DNA of 64,000 nucleotides from an uncultured Methanoregulaceae archaeon (GTDB lineage: Archaea; Halobacteriota; Methanomicrobia; Methanomicrobiales; Methanospirillaceae), in the NCBI GenBank assembly GCA_963705255.1, contig OY970061.1, positions 2,240,001 through 2,304,000 of the forward strand. The letters are read 5' to 3'. Below the pieces are notes generated by a model, which was not told where the DNA came from, did no database searches, and saw nothing but the letters and a program-made list of their open reading frames with translations. The translations under genes were made by a program, and so were the position numbers. Shown here one piece after another: positions 63,521 through 64,000 of this stretch (the stretch's first letter is position 1; every line of letters begins with the position of its first letter).

Positions 63521-64000
63521 ATGAACTGGCTCTGTATACGCTGCCTCCCTGTGCTCATCCTTTTTTGCCTGTGCGTGACGCACGCGGGAGCGGCAGTCCG
63601 GATCGCTGAGTTCTGTCCCGATCCTTATCTTCATGATGATGCTGATGAGTATATCGTCCTTTCCGGGACCGGGGCGCTTGACGGTATCACGGTTTCTGAC
63701 GGGAGGGGAGGGTTCCGGTTCCCGGCCGGAGTAAAAATCGACGGCAGCCTCACGGTGGCCCGGAGCGGGAAGGCGTTCGAGCAGAGCCATGGCAGACCCC
63801 GGATTTTGAATGGCTGGACACGTCCCCGGATATTCCGGACGTGATAAGCGGGGATACCCTCCGCATGGCGAACACCCGTGGCGCGCTGATGCTGTACGAG
63901 AACGGGAACCTTGTGCAGAAAGTCAGCTGGCCGGGGGACGTGAAACCGCGCGAAGGGCAGGTCCACTTCCTCGAAAACGGGCGGTGGGATCCCCGCCCCC
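63521..64000 (+). CDS. Secreted lamin-tail/phospholipase D-like protein, N-terminal part (frameshift near 63800; truncated by window)
   Basis: Signal peptide, I.EFCPDPY...D.DEYI.L, then PDFEW...LRMAN in the next frame. Confidence 0.6.

Overview
Chromosomal window of a hydrogenotrophic methanogen, most consistent with Methanomicrobiales (Methanoregula-like). This is inferred from frhADGB, MptA, archaeal EF-2/EF-1beta/aIF-2beta/RpoL, the SRP RNA, tRNA-Asn plus tRNA-Ile2 and REC-PAS-HK kinases of the 'NRKLNLLSxITRHD' type. The ends (1-2.3 kb and 46.7-64 kb) are housekeeping. The middle (2.3-46.7 kb) is an accessory mix of stress/redox, sensing, envelope and small proteins. No transposase, integrase, Cas gene or CRISPR array is visible. 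The most unusual signals are non-coding. (1) A dispersed REP/BIME-like hairpin family (TCGAAGA-variable stem-loop-TCTTCTC) has about 9 intergenic copies whose stems covary; it is assembled into mosaics and one tandem trio, and brackets an AT-richer gene. (2) Two 92-bp fold-back elements (86/92 identical) sit in direct orientation exactly around a 4.2-kb AT-richer multi-PAS kinase gene, a cassette-like arrangement. (3) A diverged ~160-bp non-coding direct repeat lies at 36.5-37 kb. About a dozen conserved genes carry single-base frameshifts, which most likely reflects long-read assembly indels rather than real pseudogenes. All calls come from reading the sequence by eye; no database searches were run.
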